From Folioceros fuciformis (lineage: Eukaryota): a DNA stretch of 36,832 nucleotides. Of the stretch, positions 35,444 through 36,832 are shown piece after piece. The stretch covers positions 1 through 36,832 of the forward strand of contig JBNGIO010006082.1 of assembly GCA_049999805.1 (NCBI GenBank), in the 5' to 3' direction. The notes below the pieces were generated by a model. It was given only the letters and a program-made list of their open reading frames with translations, searched no databases and was not told the DNA's origin. Every line of letters starts with the position of its first letter. Positions within the stretch are counted from its first letter, which is position 1. The position numbers and the translations under genes are program-made.

Positions 35444-35932
35444 CACATCTCTAGTATGTTGACATAAGTTCAGCAAACTTCTGAACTGCTGTCGTAGTTT
35501 TGCTTCCTCCATGTCCCTCCTCAACACTTCGTCAAGTGCCTCGTCATGCTGCCTCCTCTGCGAAGTGTCCTCGAAGCTCGCTATCTGCAGTGCAATTCGT
35601 TCTTGCTCCTCTTCAACTCGCAGAGTTCTCAGCTCCAACTGCTCCACCAGGTCAGTGATTCGTAACAGGCTCGCAGATGGTGCGAGCTCTTCCACCTTAT
35701 CCTCCCACTGAAGCAGAAATCTCTTACAATTCTGGCCCTCCTCCTTCAGCAGACGATGCTCACTCTGTGCAATCTCGTGCAGAGTAGACGCCAGGGCCTC
35801 TAATTTACCAATCCACTTGGCCTGAGACAGGACTCCACTCTGCCCCACTGCCACCTCTACTGGCTGTTCCCAAAAGCATTGCTGCTCACTTTCTTCAAAC
35901 CCCATCCACCTTTTAGAGGCAAGGAGTTCCAT
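35417..35932 (-). CDS. Hypothetical coiled-coil protein (171 aa), overlapping the 3' end of the SET gene
   Basis: ATG-started ORF rich in E/Q/L/R with heptad character, lying almost entirely outside the SET CDS; GC content is gene-like; no family recognised. Confidence 0.6.
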   Translation of the reverse strand: MELLASKRWMGFEESEQQCFWEQPVEVAVGQSGVLSQAKWIGKLEALASTLHEIAQSEHRLLKEEGQNCKRFLLQWEDKVEELAPSASLLRITDLVEQLELRTLRVEEEQERIALQIASFEDTSQRRQHDEALDEVLRRDMEEAKLRQQFRSLLNLCQHTRDVLQHVVEPG

Positions 35933-35982
35933 TCAGAAGACTCAATGAGACCATGGCAAGAACATGCAAAGCCAAAGCAGGT

Positions 35983-36082
35983 AAATCGATGATAAAAACA
36001 CATAGTTCGTTACATACGTGACCGCCCTCTACACGGAGGGCGGTCACACATGTAACGAACTATGTGTTTTTATCATCGATTT
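35983..36082. repeat. 100-bp near-perfect palindrome (47-bp arms, 2 mismatches, 6-nt loop)
   Basis: aaatcgatgataaaaacacatagttcgttacat-ac-gtgaccgccctc / tacacg / gagggcggtcac-ac-atgtaacgaactatgtgtttttatcatcgattt. Confidence 0.97.
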
Positions 36083-36260
36083 TCTCAAAATTTCTCTTGG
36101 TATTTGCTTCGTTTGTTTGTTTGTTTGTTTTTTTCTTTCAATTTTAAGCTTTTTGAAACTTTGGACAAGCTACAAGAGTTGCATGCATATAGTCGACTCC
36201 CTTCTTGGGCATTCTAATAGGTACATAATCATGCATGCATTTGTAATCTTTCATGGATGT

Positions 36261-36832
36261 TTATTTATCATCATCAACTATCGTGGTCAATCCATCTTTC
36301 CCTAATATTTGTCCACCAAATCCAGGTTTAGTTGTGCTGTCTTTTGGATTGACGAGATTTGATCTTGTTAAGCTCGATGATGACTGTGGGTTTTGTGATT
36401 GAGAAAGAAAAGTTGACGAATCTTCTCCTTGAACAAGACTTTTCCATTGCCATATAACACTAGCAGGACTAGATAAAGTAGAAGAGATCTTGTTAGCAGA
36501 ATGTGCTAACAAGATATTATAATTTTTCATTCGTAATTTATGTAGAGCGTAAGCGAAATCACGATCACTAGAAATAAGAAACATATTTGTTGGTGGGGGA
36601 TGTTCTATAGCCCAAAGCATCATATCCACTAAAATGGCTTTATCACTTGAATCTTTCCCTCCTATGAAAATGCATGCAAAATTTTCTTCAATATTATATT
36701 ATCTAAAATAAAAATATATATTATTTACAAAAATAATATTAATATCTTTAAAAACTTACCTGAAGGTATATGATGAAGTTGAATGCCTGTAGATGTTAGA
36801 GCAGCTTGGACTTTTCGAGATAACTGGAGGGT
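36261..36832 (-). CDS. NYN-domain (PIN-like, limkain-b1/MARF1-type) ribonuclease, 5'-truncated by the window; exons >36832-36760 and 36661-36261
   Basis: ALTSTGIQLHHIPSG|GKDSSDKAILVDMMLWAIEHPPPTNMFLISSDRDFAYALHKLRMKNYNILLA...ASVIWQWKSL; GT-AG intron 36759-36662; 3' end may splice further. Confidence 0.9.

Overview
Eukaryotic land-plant nuclear DNA. The GC-rich genes with compact ~75-140 bp GT-AG introns suggest a bryophyte, possibly a hornwort (inference). The left gene block holds a 5'-truncated GRXS17-type Trx-Grx gene with only two Grx domains, a pTAC18-like cupin, a 10-exon GatA, an inverted pTAC18 pseudogene, a 14-exon phytyl-ester-synthase-like acyltransferase and an RRM/zinc-knuckle protein with a single-exon CDS. 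A repeat/TE island (~16.3-28.5 kb) contains inverted arrays of a 51-bp unit, a Gypsy-like relic, a (TGAGGATA)n array, and a full-length decayed Ty1/Copia nested in the tandem repeats of an older LTR. The right block holds a very large TPR-SET methyltransferase with a fungal-type N-terminal module and a 36-aa repeat insert, a convergently overlapping coiled-coil ORF, a 100-bp near-perfect palindrome and an AT-rich NYN-domain nuclease gene running off the window. There are three N gaps. No CRISPR, rRNA or tRNA was found. All family assignments rest on motif recognition, not database searches.
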